A DNA stretch of 64,000 nucleotides, taken from assembly GCA_964430475.1 (NCBI GenBank), contig CAYSEQ010000004.1, positions 986-64,985 of the forward strand, written 5' to 3'. Below are positions 49,402-58,757 of this stretch, in pieces. Positions within the stretch are counted from its first letter, which is position 1. The number at the start of each line of letters is the position of its first letter. The notes below the pieces were generated by a model. The model had not been told where the DNA came from. It saw only the letters and a list, made by a program, of their open reading frames with translations, and did no database searches. Source of the DNA: an uncultured Gammaproteobacteria bacterium. Lineage in GTDB: Bacteria > Patescibacteriota > Microgenomatia > UBA8517. The translations under genes and the position numbers were made by a program.

Positions 49402-50198
49402 ATATAAGGAAGTATTTCTTTTACATATCTTTATTTTTGAATACCATTTTCATTTTTATTTTGGTTGAGCGAATAAAGACCCCTTTTATAAACATTGTCT
49501 CCGATGACCAGCTTCAAGAACAGAAGTTATTGAGTACTACTTTACCTTCAGAAGATGTTTTAGGCAACTCAAATTTAGAGGTAGCTAAAGACAGAAGTAA
49601 GGTGATTAAAGTTATAGATGGAGACACTATTGTTTTGGAAAATACTGATACATTACGTTTGATTGGTATTGATTCTCCTGAGATTTTTGAGGATGCTTGT
49701 TTTTCAAAAGAAGCCTATTCAAAAAACTCCGAACTTTTATTAGGGAAAGAGGTTCGTCTTGAAAAAGATGTTTCAGAAAGGGATAAATATGGTAGGCTTC
49801 TTAGGTATGTCTTTGTTGAGGGAAAAGATAAAGATATCTTTGTTAATGAGTACCTCGTAAGATACGGATTTGCAAGGTCATCAAGGTATCCACCTGATAT
49901 AAAATATCAAGGTTTATTTGAAGAAGCAGAACGCGAGGCAAGAAATGAAGAAAGAGGATTGTGGGGGGAATGCGAAGGGGATCCTCCCACCGATATGTTA
50001 GTGGATGATAAACCCAATTCTTTGTTAGAAGAAAGTACATTTTCAGATGTCTATTGCTCCTCAAATTTTTATAATTGTTCTGATTTTAAGACCCAAAAAG
50101 AAGCACAGGAGATATTTGAGGCCTGCGGTGGTTTGGAAAAAGACATTCATAAGTTAGATTCAGATAAAGATGGGAAGGCTTGTGAGAGTTTACCCTAA
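49398..50198 (+). CDS. Secreted thermonuclease (SNase-like) with C-terminal Excalibur Ca-binding domain
   Basis: Signal/TM N-terminus; VIDGDTIVLEN...RLIGIDSPE SNase motif; CSDFKTQKEAQEIFEACGG...DSDKDGKACE Excalibur. Start at ATG 49398 overlaps the secF stop (ATGA). Confidence 0.75.
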   Translation: MNIRKYFFYISLFLNTIFIFILVERIKTPFINIVSDDQLQEQKLLSTTLPSEDVLGNSNLEVAKDRSKVIKVIDGDTIVLENTDTLRLIGIDSPEIFEDACFSKEAYSKNSELLLGKEVRLEKDVSERDKYGRLLRYVFVEGKDKDIFVNEYLVRYGFARSSRYPPDIKYQGLFEEAEREARNEERGLWGECEGDPPTDMLVDDKPNSLLEESTFSDVYCSSNFYNCSDFKTQKEAQEIFEACGGLEKDIHKLDSDKDGKACESLP

Positions 50199-50209
50199 AA
50201 ATTTTAAAA

Positions 50210-51622
50210 TCAAACTCCCTTTTGAAAACTTATCTTTCTTAATCTTTCGAGTAGTGCCTCTCTTTCATTTTCTATTTTTTTGTTGACAACTTCTTCAAAA
50301 AGTATATTAAGTACTTCACCAACTCTTGGCCCAGGTGGAATATTAAGGATTTTCATTACATCATTACCATCCACTTTTAAGTCGCGAACTGTAAATGGTT
50401 GTTTTTGGACTTCTATTAGCCTTCTCTTGAATTTTTCAAGTCTCCAACTTGTCTCTTTTGCTCCTCCCCCCAATCTGTCCCCAATTCTTAGGTCAATGAT
50501 ATCTGGAATATTTTCCAAGCCTACATTTCTTATAAATCGTCTTATTGCTGAATCTGTTTGTCTTTCATCAACAGTAAATTGGTGATATCTAACAAGTCTC
50601 CAAAGTCTATCCGCATCCTTATTACTTAACCTAAAGCGTCGTGCAAGGTTTTTGGCTATTTGGGCACTTACTACTTCATGGTTATAAAAGGTAATTGTCC
50701 CATTTTCTAATTTTTTGAAGGTTTGGGGTTTTCCGATATCGTGTATTAAGGTTGCAAACCTTACTATAGGGTCGGTATTTCTTTCAGCGACATATTTTAG
50801 AGAGTAAAGACTATGTGTTCCTACATCATAAATATGGTGTCTACCAGGTGACTTTTGTTCTACACCGAAGGTTTTTTCCATTTCAGGTAGTATTTCTTGC
50901 ATAATCCCTGATTGCCTAAGAGTTATGACTCCTTCGTATGGATGTGCCGAGCCTAAAATTTTTAAAAACTCGTCCCTTATTCTTTCTTTTGAGATTCTTC
51001 TTATGAGTGAAGCATTAGCTTTTATAGCATTGAGTGTATTTTCTTCTATTTTGAAATTGAGTTCTGAGGCGATGCGTATTGCCCGTAACATTCTTAGAGC
51101 ATCTTCTGCAAACCTTTTATTTGGATCTCCAACCGCACGAATAAGTCTTTTTTGGATATCTTCCTGTCCATCGTAAAGGTCAATTAATTGGAACTTATAA
51201 GGTTTAATTTCTAGTAGTTTTAGATTTTCTGTAGTTTTATCTTCCGCAATTTTCTTAAGGGCCATAGCGTTAATTGTGAAGTCTCTTCTTTGTAGATCTT
51301 CTTCTAGAGTCTTTCCCCACTCAACCCTATCTGGCCGCCTTGAGTCCGAGTAACCGTATTCTGTGCGGAAAGTCGTAATCTCGTAAGGCCTTTCATTATC
51401 CTTTTCAGGAGGTATGCCTACTGTTCCGAATTTGTTGTCATAATAAGCTTGGGGAAAAAGTTTAAGAATTTCGTAAGGATTGGCGTTAGTGGTAAAATCC
51501 CAGTCATAGACAATTCTTCCCATCAGAATATCGCGTACGGCTCCTCCGACAATATAAATTTCAAAACCTTCTTTTTCGAACTTGTTAATAATTTCTAAGG
51601 CCTTTTTAGGAAGTCCTATCAT
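50210..51622 (-). CDS. cca: CCA tRNA nucleotidyltransferase (class II, with HD domain)
   Basis: YIVGGAVRDILMGR...DWDFTT head domain; HDIGK HD motif. Confidence 0.8.
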   Translation of the reverse strand: MIGLPKKALEIINKFEKEGFEIYIVGGAVRDILMGRIVYDWDFTTNANPYEILKLFPQAYYDNKFGTVGIPPEKDNERPYEITTFRTEYGYSDSRRPDRVEWGKTLEEDLQRRDFTINAMALKKIAEDKTTENLKLLEIKPYKFQLIDLYDGQEDIQKRLIRAVGDPNKRFAEDALRMLRAIRIASELNFKIEENTLNAIKANASLIRRISKERIRDEFLKILGSAHPYEGVITLRQSGIMQEILPEMEKTFGVEQKSPGRHHIYDVGTHSLYSLKYVAERNTDPIVRFATLIHDIGKPQTFKKLENGTITFYNHEVVSAQIAKNLARRFRLSNKDADRLWRLVRYHQFTVDERQTDSAIRRFIRNVGLENIPDIIDLRIGDRLGGGAKETSWRLEKFKRRLIEVQKQPFTVRDLKVDGNDVMKILNIPPGPRVGEVLNILFEEVVNKKIENEREALLERLRKISFQKGV

Positions 51623-51721
51623 CTTTTAATCTAGGGTGTTAACAATTGATTTATTATATTTTAATTAGGAAGAAAATACGAATAGCATGAAAATATTTTT
51701 TTAGGTGTTAATATATTGGTA

Positions 51722-53428
51722 ATGGATTCTAAGAACTTGCGTTGGGAGCTAATAAACAGAAGAAAAGCTAAAAGTGTAAATCAAATTATAGACATATTAT
51801 TGGAAAACCGTGGGATAAAAACTCCAGAAATGAAAAAGGATTTTTTTACTCCTCCTATCCCATACAATATCTCGTTTAAAGAGTTAAGCCTAGATGAGAT
51901 TGCCGTTAAGAAAGCCGTGGATAGGATAAAAACTGCTATTAAAAATTCTGAAGGCATAGTAATTTACGGAGATTATGATGCAGACGGTGTTTGCGCGAGT
52001 GCTGTGATTTGGGAGTGTCTTTACTTGTTTACTAAAAATGTTATTCCTTACATCCCTAATAGGTTTGAGGAAGGCTACGGATTAAAAAGCGATGTTATAG
52101 TAAGACTTAAATCAGAAGATCCTCAGCTGAAACTTATTATAACTGTTGACAATGGGATAGTTGCAGAAAAAGCCGTTGAGAAGGCAAAAAAGTTAGGGAT
52201 TGATGTGATAATCTGCGATCACCACTTAAAAGGTAGAAGCGTTCCAAAGGCTTATTCTATTATCCATTCTACTAAGGTTTGCGGTGCGGCGTTGGCTTGG
52301 ATTTTGGCTAGAGAAGTTTCTAAAAGTTTAAGTAAAAATTCCCAGTTAGGTTCTAATGTTAAGGATTTGGAAAACAGTCTTGATCTTGTGGCTATTGGTA
52401 CGATATCAGACCAGATGTCACTAATTGGACCCAATCGCTCGTTTGCTAAATATGGACTGGAAAAACTTAGCAATACCAAGAGGGTTGGCTTATTGACATT
52501 GTACGAGGTAGCAGGATTAACGCAAAAAATAGCATCCCCGAAAAAAGGTTTAAAAATAGGGTCCTACGAAGTTAATTTTATTATTGCACCCAGAATTAAC
52601 GCGATGGGGCGTTTGGAGCATGCTTTGGATTCGTTGAGGCTTCTATGCACCAAAAGTGTGGCGAAGGCACAAAGGCTAGCGAAAGTTTTAGATAAGACAA
52701 ATCAAGAAAGACAGAAAATCTTAGAAGGAGTGGTTGAACATGCAAGGAGATTTTTGAGCAAGGAAAGCTATTCTAAAGTAATAGTAGTTTCCCATGAAGA
52801 CTATCATGAGGGCGTGATTGGGCTAGCTGCAAGTAGACTAGTTGAGGAATTTCATCGACCTGCGATCGTTTTTGCTAAAAAGGATTTTGTTTCTAAAGCA
52901 TCCGCGCGTTCAATACCAGGATTTGACATAATCTTCTCAATAAGAAAGTTAAAGAAATTAATAAATGAGGGTGGCGGACATCCTATGGCAGCGGGGTTTA
53001 CTATTAAAACAGAAAAAATTGATATTTTTGCCCGAAAATTTGCAGAAATTTCAGAACCTTTATTAACTCAAGAGCTTTTGGTTAAAAGATTGAAAATTGA
53101 TTGCGAACTTGATTTTGAAAGTTTAAGTGTGGAGTTATCGGAGAAGTTGTCTGAATTTGAGCCTACTGGTGTTGGTAATCCTACACCGCTTTTTCTAACT
53201 CCCAAGGTAAGCGTGATCGATGCAAAGGTTGTGGGATCTGAGGGGAAACATTTAAGTTTGGTTCTAAGAAAGGGAAATAAAGTTGTAAGGGGAGTTGCTT
53301 TTGGTAAGGGTGAAATATTCAATAAGCTTTATCCTGAACAAGAAATTGATGTGGCGTATAATCTTGAGACGGATTATTGGAATACCTCGAAAAGTTTACA
53401 GCTTAAGATAAAGGATATAAAGTATTAG
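51722..53428 (+). CDS. recJ: Single-stranded-DNA-specific exonuclease RecJ
   Basis: DHH motifs (YGDYDADG, ICDHH), DHHA1 GGGHPMAAG. ATG at 51722 preferred over TTG at 51716. Confidence 0.8.
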   Translation: MDSKNLRWELINRRKAKSVNQIIDILLENRGIKTPEMKKDFFTPPIPYNISFKELSLDEIAVKKAVDRIKTAIKNSEGIVIYGDYDADGVCASAVIWECLYLFTKNVIPYIPNRFEEGYGLKSDVIVRLKSEDPQLKLIITVDNGIVAEKAVEKAKKLGIDVIICDHHLKGRSVPKAYSIIHSTKVCGAALAWILAREVSKSLSKNSQLGSNVKDLENSLDLVAIGTISDQMSLIGPNRSFAKYGLEKLSNTKRVGLLTLYEVAGLTQKIASPKKGLKIGSYEVNFIIAPRINAMGRLEHALDSLRLLCTKSVAKAQRLAKVLDKTNQERQKILEGVVEHARRFLSKESYSKVIVVSHEDYHEGVIGLAASRLVEEFHRPAIVFAKKDFVSKASARSIPGFDIIFSIRKLKKLINEGGGHPMAAGFTIKTEKIDIFARKFAEISEPLLTQELLVKRLKIDCELDFESLSVELSEKLSEFEPTGVGNPTPLFLTPKVSVIDAKVVGSEGKHLSLVLRKGNKVVRGVAFGKGEIFNKLYPEQEIDVAYNLETDYWNTSKSLQLKIKDIKY

Positions 53429-53433
53429 GTGTC

Positions 53434-53468
53434 AAAAAAGATGTGGTAAAAAATATCTTTTTTGGGAG
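53434..53468 (+). terminator. A/T-rich hairpin plus T-run downstream of recJ
   Basis: aaaaagat..(12 nt)..atctttttt. Confidence 0.3.
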
Positions 53469-53511
53469 TGTTTAGAATTACACTTAGCCTAAAACTAAAA
53501 TCTTAAAAGCT

Positions 53512-55005
53512 ATGGAGGAAAAATTTAGGGAGTTATTAGTATTAATAGAATCTTATAATCCCAGGAGGGAAGATATACTTTTACTGAAACGCGCCTGGAG
53601 GTTTGCAAAACTCGCGCATACTGGCCAGGTTCGTAAGAGTGGAGAGCCTTATGTATTACATCCATTGGCAGTGGCTAAAATTTTGGCTTCTTGGAGGTTA
53701 GATATAGACTCGGTTGTCGCTGGCCTTTTGCACGATACGATGGAGGATGGTGCTGCAAAATACGAGGATATAACCCAAGCCTTTGGAGAACCAATTGCAA
53801 AGTTGGTAGATGGTGTTTCTAAAGTGTCGTATCTTAGGCTTCGCGGCAGTAGCGATGAAGAGTTTGTTGAAAACTTGAGAAAGATGTTTTTAGCGATGGC
53901 TAAGGATATTCGTGTTGTCCTTATTAAAATCGCGGACCGATTACATAATATGAAAACGATTGAGGCTTTACCTCCGGAAAAAAGGAAAAGAATTTCAAAA
54001 GAAACACTTGAAATTTTTGCCCCTCTTGCAGAGAGGCTTGGGATGGGTCAGGTAAAGGCAGAACTTGATGATCTTTCTTTCCCTTATGTTTATCCTGAGG
54101 AATATGAAAAGGTAAAGCAAAAATCTCAACCTTATTACAAGAAGGCGGAAGAACACATAGAGAAGATGAAAAGGACACTTATTAAGGCTTTAGCCAAGGA
54201 GGGTATGAGGGTGAAGATTGATGCTCGGAAGAAACATCTTTATTCTTTGTGGAGGAAACTTGAGCGTAAAGAAATAAATTGGGATTTTGAGAAAGTAAAC
54301 GATATTGTTGCTTTACGAATTTTGGTGGAAACAGTGGCAGAATGTTATACTGCTTTGGGTGTTGTGCATACGCATTACAAACCAGTACCACATTTGGGAG
54401 TCTCAGATTTTATTGCTCAACCCAAACCCAATGGATATCAGTCTATTCACACGAAAGTTTTTGGACCGGGTGGAAGGATTGTGGAGGTACAGATAAGAAC
54501 TTATGCGATGCATGAATTTGCAGAGTATGGGGTTGCTGCACATTGGGTTTATTCACAGGCAAAATCAAAGGGAGTAAGGGAAGAGATTCTTGAAAAAGGT
54601 GGAGTGAAGGTAAGTTTGGACAAACTTGGTTGGGTTAAACAACTTGCTGAATGGCAGAAGCAAATCCATGATTCTCAAGAGTTTCTTAGAGCTGTAAAGT
54701 TTGACGCTCTTTCTCATAGGAACTTTGTTTTTTCTCCAAAAGGAGATGTTTATGATCTTCCAGCAGGTGCCACACCAGTTGATTTTGCTTACGCAGTCCA
54801 TAGTGAATTGGGTGAATATATAAAAGCAAGCAAAGTCGACGGAAAGATAGTTCCTTTGGACTACAAGCTTAAAAGTGGTCAAGTAGTTGAAATTATTAAG
54901 TCGAAAGAAAAAAGACCTCCTAGTCCTGACTGGCTTAATTTTGTGGTAACAAGCCATGCAAGGAAAGAAATTATTAAGGCACTAAGGAAAATTAAAAAAA
55001 TTTGA
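53512..55005 (+). CDS. rel: RelA/SpoT-family (p)ppGpp synthetase/hydrolase, C-terminally truncated (ends after TGS domain)
   Basis: HD hydrolase HPLAVAKIL...LHDTMED; synthetase DIVALRILV, GYQSIHT; TGS-like C-terminus; only 497 aa. Confidence 0.8.
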   Translation: MEEKFRELLVLIESYNPRREDILLLKRAWRFAKLAHTGQVRKSGEPYVLHPLAVAKILASWRLDIDSVVAGLLHDTMEDGAAKYEDITQAFGEPIAKLVDGVSKVSYLRLRGSSDEEFVENLRKMFLAMAKDIRVVLIKIADRLHNMKTIEALPPEKRKRISKETLEIFAPLAERLGMGQVKAELDDLSFPYVYPEEYEKVKQKSQPYYKKAEEHIEKMKRTLIKALAKEGMRVKIDARKKHLYSLWRKLERKEINWDFEKVNDIVALRILVETVAECYTALGVVHTHYKPVPHLGVSDFIAQPKPNGYQSIHTKVFGPGGRIVEVQIRTYAMHEFAEYGVAAHWVYSQAKSKGVREEILEKGGVKVSLDKLGWVKQLAEWQKQIHDSQEFLRAVKFDALSHRNFVFSPKGDVYDLPAGATPVDFAYAVHSELGEYIKASKVDGKIVPLDYKLKSGQVVEIIKSKEKRPPSPDWLNFVVTSHARKEIIKALRKIKKI

Positions 55006-55031
55006 CTTAAAATTAGAGGTAAGTTTACAAT
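55002..55031 (+). promoter_or_regulatory. Candidate promoter for aspS leader (-35 TTGACT overlapping rel stop, 18 nt, -10 TACAAT)
   Basis: ttgacttaaaattagaggtaagtttacaat. Confidence 0.35.
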
Positions 55032-55121
55032 ACCTTAACATTTTTCTTTGGACTTTTTAAATAAGATTGCTTACAAATTTTTAGATATAGGCGGAATTAA
55101 AGCAGGGGAGTTAGTGAGATT

Positions 55122-55163
55122 TGGGATTACTCGCCATCCCAAGAATTTAAGGCGAGTTTTTTT
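55122..55163 (+). terminator. Intrinsic terminator (CTCGCC/GGCGAG stem + T7) with overlapping alternative antiterminator (TGGGAT/ATCCCA) immediately upstream of aspS
   Basis: tgggattactcgccatcccaagaatttaaggcgagttttttt; the two stems are mutually exclusive; aspS ATG is 10 nt downstream. Confidence 0.55.
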
Positions 55164-55172
55164 GTAATCAAA

Positions 55173-56519
55173 ATGCAAAGAACCTTAGTAAAAGACACGA
55201 AGAATAAAATTGGTAAGGAAGTTAAAGTTGCCGGTTGGGTAAGGACTAAAAGAGATCATGGAAAGGTTACTTTTATTGATCTTCGAGATAGAAGTGGAAT
55301 TTTACAGGTAGTCGGAGAGGGTGAGGATTTTTCAGATTTAACTCCTGAAAGTGTTGTTGAAATTGTAGGTGAGGTTAAGAAACGTCCGCCAAATCTTGTA
55401 AATCCTAAGATCGAGACCGGTGAGATTGAGCTTGAGGCTAAGAGGGTAAACTTAATATCAAGGTCAAAAGAACTTCCCTTCGATATGGGTAAACCCGACC
55501 TTGGATTACAATTGCCTACGCTTCTTGATTATCGAACATTGACACTAAGACATCCCAAAATTTCCAAAATATTTAAAGTTCAGGAAGCAATCATGGAGGG
55601 TTTTAGGCAAGCGGCAAAAAGATTAGATTGTACTGAAATTTTTGTTCCCACGATTGTTGCCTCATCTACAGAAGGCGGTGCGGAAGTCTTTGAGGTGAAT
55701 TACTATGGTTATAAAACATTTCTTATTCAAAGCCCCCAACTATATAAGCAAATGCTGATCCCTACTTTTGAGAGGGTTTATCTTGTTTCGCACGCCTATA
55801 GAGCTGAGCCTTCAGTTACCACAAGACACCTATCAGAATCAATTCAAATGGATTGCGAACTAGGTTTTGTGGATTTTGAGGATCTTTTGACCTATCTAGA
55901 ATTTGTTGGTTTGGAAACTTTAAGATATGTTCAAAAAAAATGCAAAGATATTTTGAAAGAATATGGTAGAGAGGATCTTAAGTTGATCAAAAACATTCCA
56001 AGGCTCACGATGAGGGAGGCGCAGGAAATTATTTTTGAAAGAACGGGGGTTGATCATAGGAATGAACCTGACTTAGATCCTTTTGATGAAAAGGAGATAT
56101 GCAAGTGGGCACATGAAGAAAAAGATTCGGATTTGGTGACAATTACTCACTTTCCTACCAAGAAAAGAGCATTTTATACCATGCCGGATCCAAAAAATCC
56201 GGAATATTCATTAAGTTATGATTTACTTTTTAGGGGCGTAGAAATCTTAAGCGGATCTCAGAGGATAAACGACTATGACACTTTGGTGGAGGTAATCCGA
56301 GAAAGGGGAATGGATCCAGAAGATTTTCAGATGTATTTGCAGGCATTTAAGTATGGAATGCCACCGGAGGGAGGATTCTCATTTGGTCTTGAAAGAATGA
56401 CAATGCAAGTCTTAGATCTATCAAATGTGCGCGAAGCTTCTCTTTTTCCGCGAGACATGGAAAGAGTTGATGTTCGACTTTCAGATTTGAAAAAAGTCAA
56501 GGTTCGTGGGAAAGTCTAA
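55173..56519 (+). CDS. aspS: Aspartate--tRNA ligase, archaeal/eukaryotic-type (AsnRS not excluded)
   Basis: N-terminal OB fold KVAGWVRTKRDHGKVTFIDLRD; class II motifs FRGVEILSGSQR, GMPPEGGFSFGLERM; 448 aa. Confidence 0.7.
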   Translation: MQRTLVKDTKNKIGKEVKVAGWVRTKRDHGKVTFIDLRDRSGILQVVGEGEDFSDLTPESVVEIVGEVKKRPPNLVNPKIETGEIELEAKRVNLISRSKELPFDMGKPDLGLQLPTLLDYRTLTLRHPKISKIFKVQEAIMEGFRQAAKRLDCTEIFVPTIVASSTEGGAEVFEVNYYGYKTFLIQSPQLYKQMLIPTFERVYLVSHAYRAEPSVTTRHLSESIQMDCELGFVDFEDLLTYLEFVGLETLRYVQKKCKDILKEYGREDLKLIKNIPRLTMREAQEIIFERTGVDHRNEPDLDPFDEKEICKWAHEEKDSDLVTITHFPTKKRAFYTMPDPKNPEYSLSYDLLFRGVEILSGSQRINDYDTLVEVIRERGMDPEDFQMYLQAFKYGMPPEGGFSFGLERMTMQVLDLSNVREASLFPRDMERVDVRLSDLKKVKVRGKV

Positions 56520-56614
56520 AGAATGCTGTAAGAAGTTTTTAAGGTCTAAAAAATATTTTGCTGAAACTGGCGTTTTTTCTTGGAGACAAATCAAAGTAAT
56601 TTTTAAAATTTCTT

Positions 56615-57517
56615 ATGGATCTTTTGTATTTGGCTTATTTTACCTTAATTTTTATAGTATCTTCGGCTTTTGTCATAAATGCTGATTTGCACCTAAGGAA
56701 AAGTTTTGCCAAGGAGAATTTTGTAAAAAGCCAAAATAAGTCCGTCTTTTTACCCCAACCCATATTTGTAGGTAATTCTTCCGGTCCTTCTTTGACTGCT
56801 TTTAGTGCTTATGTTTTGGATTTGAATTCGCAAACCGAACTTTATAAAAAAGAGCCTGATTTAAGACTTCTGCCTGCCTCTACTACAAAGATTTTAACAG
56901 CTCTTGTTGCAATGGATTATTATTCACCGGAGGATGTTTTGGAGGTTGGGAAAATTTCTGTTGATGGGCAAAAAATGCATCTAGTTCCCGGAGAAAAAAT
57001 TACCGTGAGAGATCTTTTGTACGGGCTTTTGATCTTTAGTGCAAACGATGCGGCTGAGGTTTTAGCTTCCAATTTTCCTGGTGGTAGGAAGTCCTTTATT
57101 GCTAGTATGAACTTGAAGGCTAAGGAATTAAATCTCGAAAACACCCAAATGAGCGACCCTTCTGGACTTGAAATTAGTAATCACTTTACTACTGCAAGAG
57201 ACTTAGCAAAATTGGCAAGCTTTGCCATTCGTAAACCTCTTTTTAAGGAGATTGTTGCAACCAAAGAAAAGGTAGTTAGTAGTATTGATGGTAAAATTAC
57301 TCATAAATTGCACAATTTGAATGAGTTGGTTGGAGAGGTAGAAGGGGTTTTGGGTGTAAAAACAGGTTGGACACCAAATTCCAGAGAAAATCTCGTCACT
57401 TACATTGAAAAAGATGGCAAAAGAATTATGATTGTTCTTTTGGGAAGTGAAGACAGGTTTGGCGAAACAAAAACCCTTATTGATTGGATGTTTTCAAATT
57501 ATCGTTGGGACTATTAG
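56615..57517 (+). CDS. D-alanyl-D-alanine carboxypeptidase (S11, PBP5-like)
   Basis: SxxK ASTTK, SxN SAND, KTG KTGWT. Confidence 0.8.
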   Translation: MDLLYLAYFTLIFIVSSAFVINADLHLRKSFAKENFVKSQNKSVFLPQPIFVGNSSGPSLTAFSAYVLDLNSQTELYKKEPDLRLLPASTTKILTALVAMDYYSPEDVLEVGKISVDGQKMHLVPGEKITVRDLLYGLLIFSANDAAEVLASNFPGGRKSFIASMNLKAKELNLENTQMSDPSGLEISNHFTTARDLAKLASFAIRKPLFKEIVATKEKVVSSIDGKITHKLHNLNELVGEVEGVLGVKTGWTPNSRENLVTYIEKDGKRIMIVLLGSEDRFGETKTLIDWMFSNYRWDY

Positions 57518-57529
57518 AGTGACTTTTCT

Positions 57530-58600
57530 TCATTGACGGTTTGGCTCTTTTCCATAAAAATCGTTTGTGACCGCTGGCACATAGGCATAAAAGTCGTTAT
57601 CTCCCTCAAAAACTACAACCGGTTGATAATATGGGGTGTATTGTCCAGCATCGTAATAAGCCAGGTATACTTTTCTGATCGTGATGTTTTCGTTGTTATT
57701 TCCAAGGTTTGCGATATAGCCTTTTCCCTGTTTTAACTCCTCCCAGGCCATGTCTGCACTCTTAAGCGGATAAGTAGCTGATTTTTGTTCATCGATTGGG
57801 AAGTAGTGATATTCCGCTGCTATGACGGGTTTGTCTCTTCCGCCAGCAATTATAGCCCATACATTTGCTTCCGGCATGTCTGGAGTGACGCTGGGATACT
57901 TTGAGCTACCCATTGGTTTTCTGAAAAGATTTACTTTTGTAAAATTTGCCTCAGAAAGAGAAATTGCTTTAACAAATTTGCCTTGTTCTAATCTTAGATA
58001 TTCGTAAGTTGCTACTCCTTCATTGATATCTTGGGTAAGAAATCCTCCTCTTGCAAGTAAGTTTTTAAACTTGAGAATTGCAGATTCAGAATCAGGGGGA
58101 ATTCCTTGGATGACTGATGGGTCCTGGTCAATGTTGTAGCTTATTGAAAAAACTTGGGTGACTATATTCATTGTTAAGCTGGATGGAAGATTCTTTTTGG
58201 GGAAAATATAGACATTGGGAATTGTTTCAGCAAGGATTTTACCCTCAGCTTCAAAACCCAAAGCTATCGCTTTTGTTTTAGCTTCATCTAATGCGCTAAT
58301 TCTTGTTTGCAAGGAAGGCATAAAAAAGACCTCTATTTGTTCAGGAAATACTGGAAGATTACCAGTTGCCAGCTCTAAATTGAAGTTAAGGTTTGGTGGC
58401 TTTGGTTTGTCTGGAAAGGGTAATTTTGGTAGTACTCCGAACGCAACTGTCGGCTTGGGTTTTGGAGGAGGAAAAATCCTTTTGTATACCGATACTCCAA
58501 TTCTAAAGACAAACCTTGCAATAATGAGAAGGATTATAAAGTAGATGCCATAGCGAATGATTTTCCTGGATAGTATTGATACTTCTGTTAAAGAAGCCAT
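57530..58600 (-). CDS. Hypothetical membrane-anchored extracellular protein
   Basis: N-terminal TM YGIYFIILLIIARFVF, proline-rich spacer; no motif recognised. Confidence 0.45.
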   Translation of the reverse strand: MASLTEVSILSRKIIRYGIYFIILLIIARFVFRIGVSVYKRIFPPPKPKPTVAFGVLPKLPFPDKPKPPNLNFNLELATGNLPVFPEQIEVFFMPSLQTRISALDEAKTKAIALGFEAEGKILAETIPNVYIFPKKNLPSSLTMNIVTQVFSISYNIDQDPSVIQGIPPDSESAILKFKNLLARGGFLTQDINEGVATYEYLRLEQGKFVKAISLSEANFTKVNLFRKPMGSSKYPSVTPDMPEANVWAIIAGGRDKPVIAAEYHYFPIDEQKSATYPLKSADMAWEELKQGKGYIANLGNNNENITIRKVYLAYYDAGQYTPYYQPVVVFEGDNDFYAYVPAVTNDFYGKEPNRQ

Positions 58601-58757
58601 GGTAATGATTTAGAGTTATCAAAAATGAAACTGTTTAATTTTATTTTTAAACCTTCTTTGAGTATAGCGTTTGTTTGTTTCCTAATCAATTTTATATTAA
58701 AAATTCTTTAAAAAGAGAGTGGATAATAGATTAAAAAGAATGTAAAATTCAAAAGGG

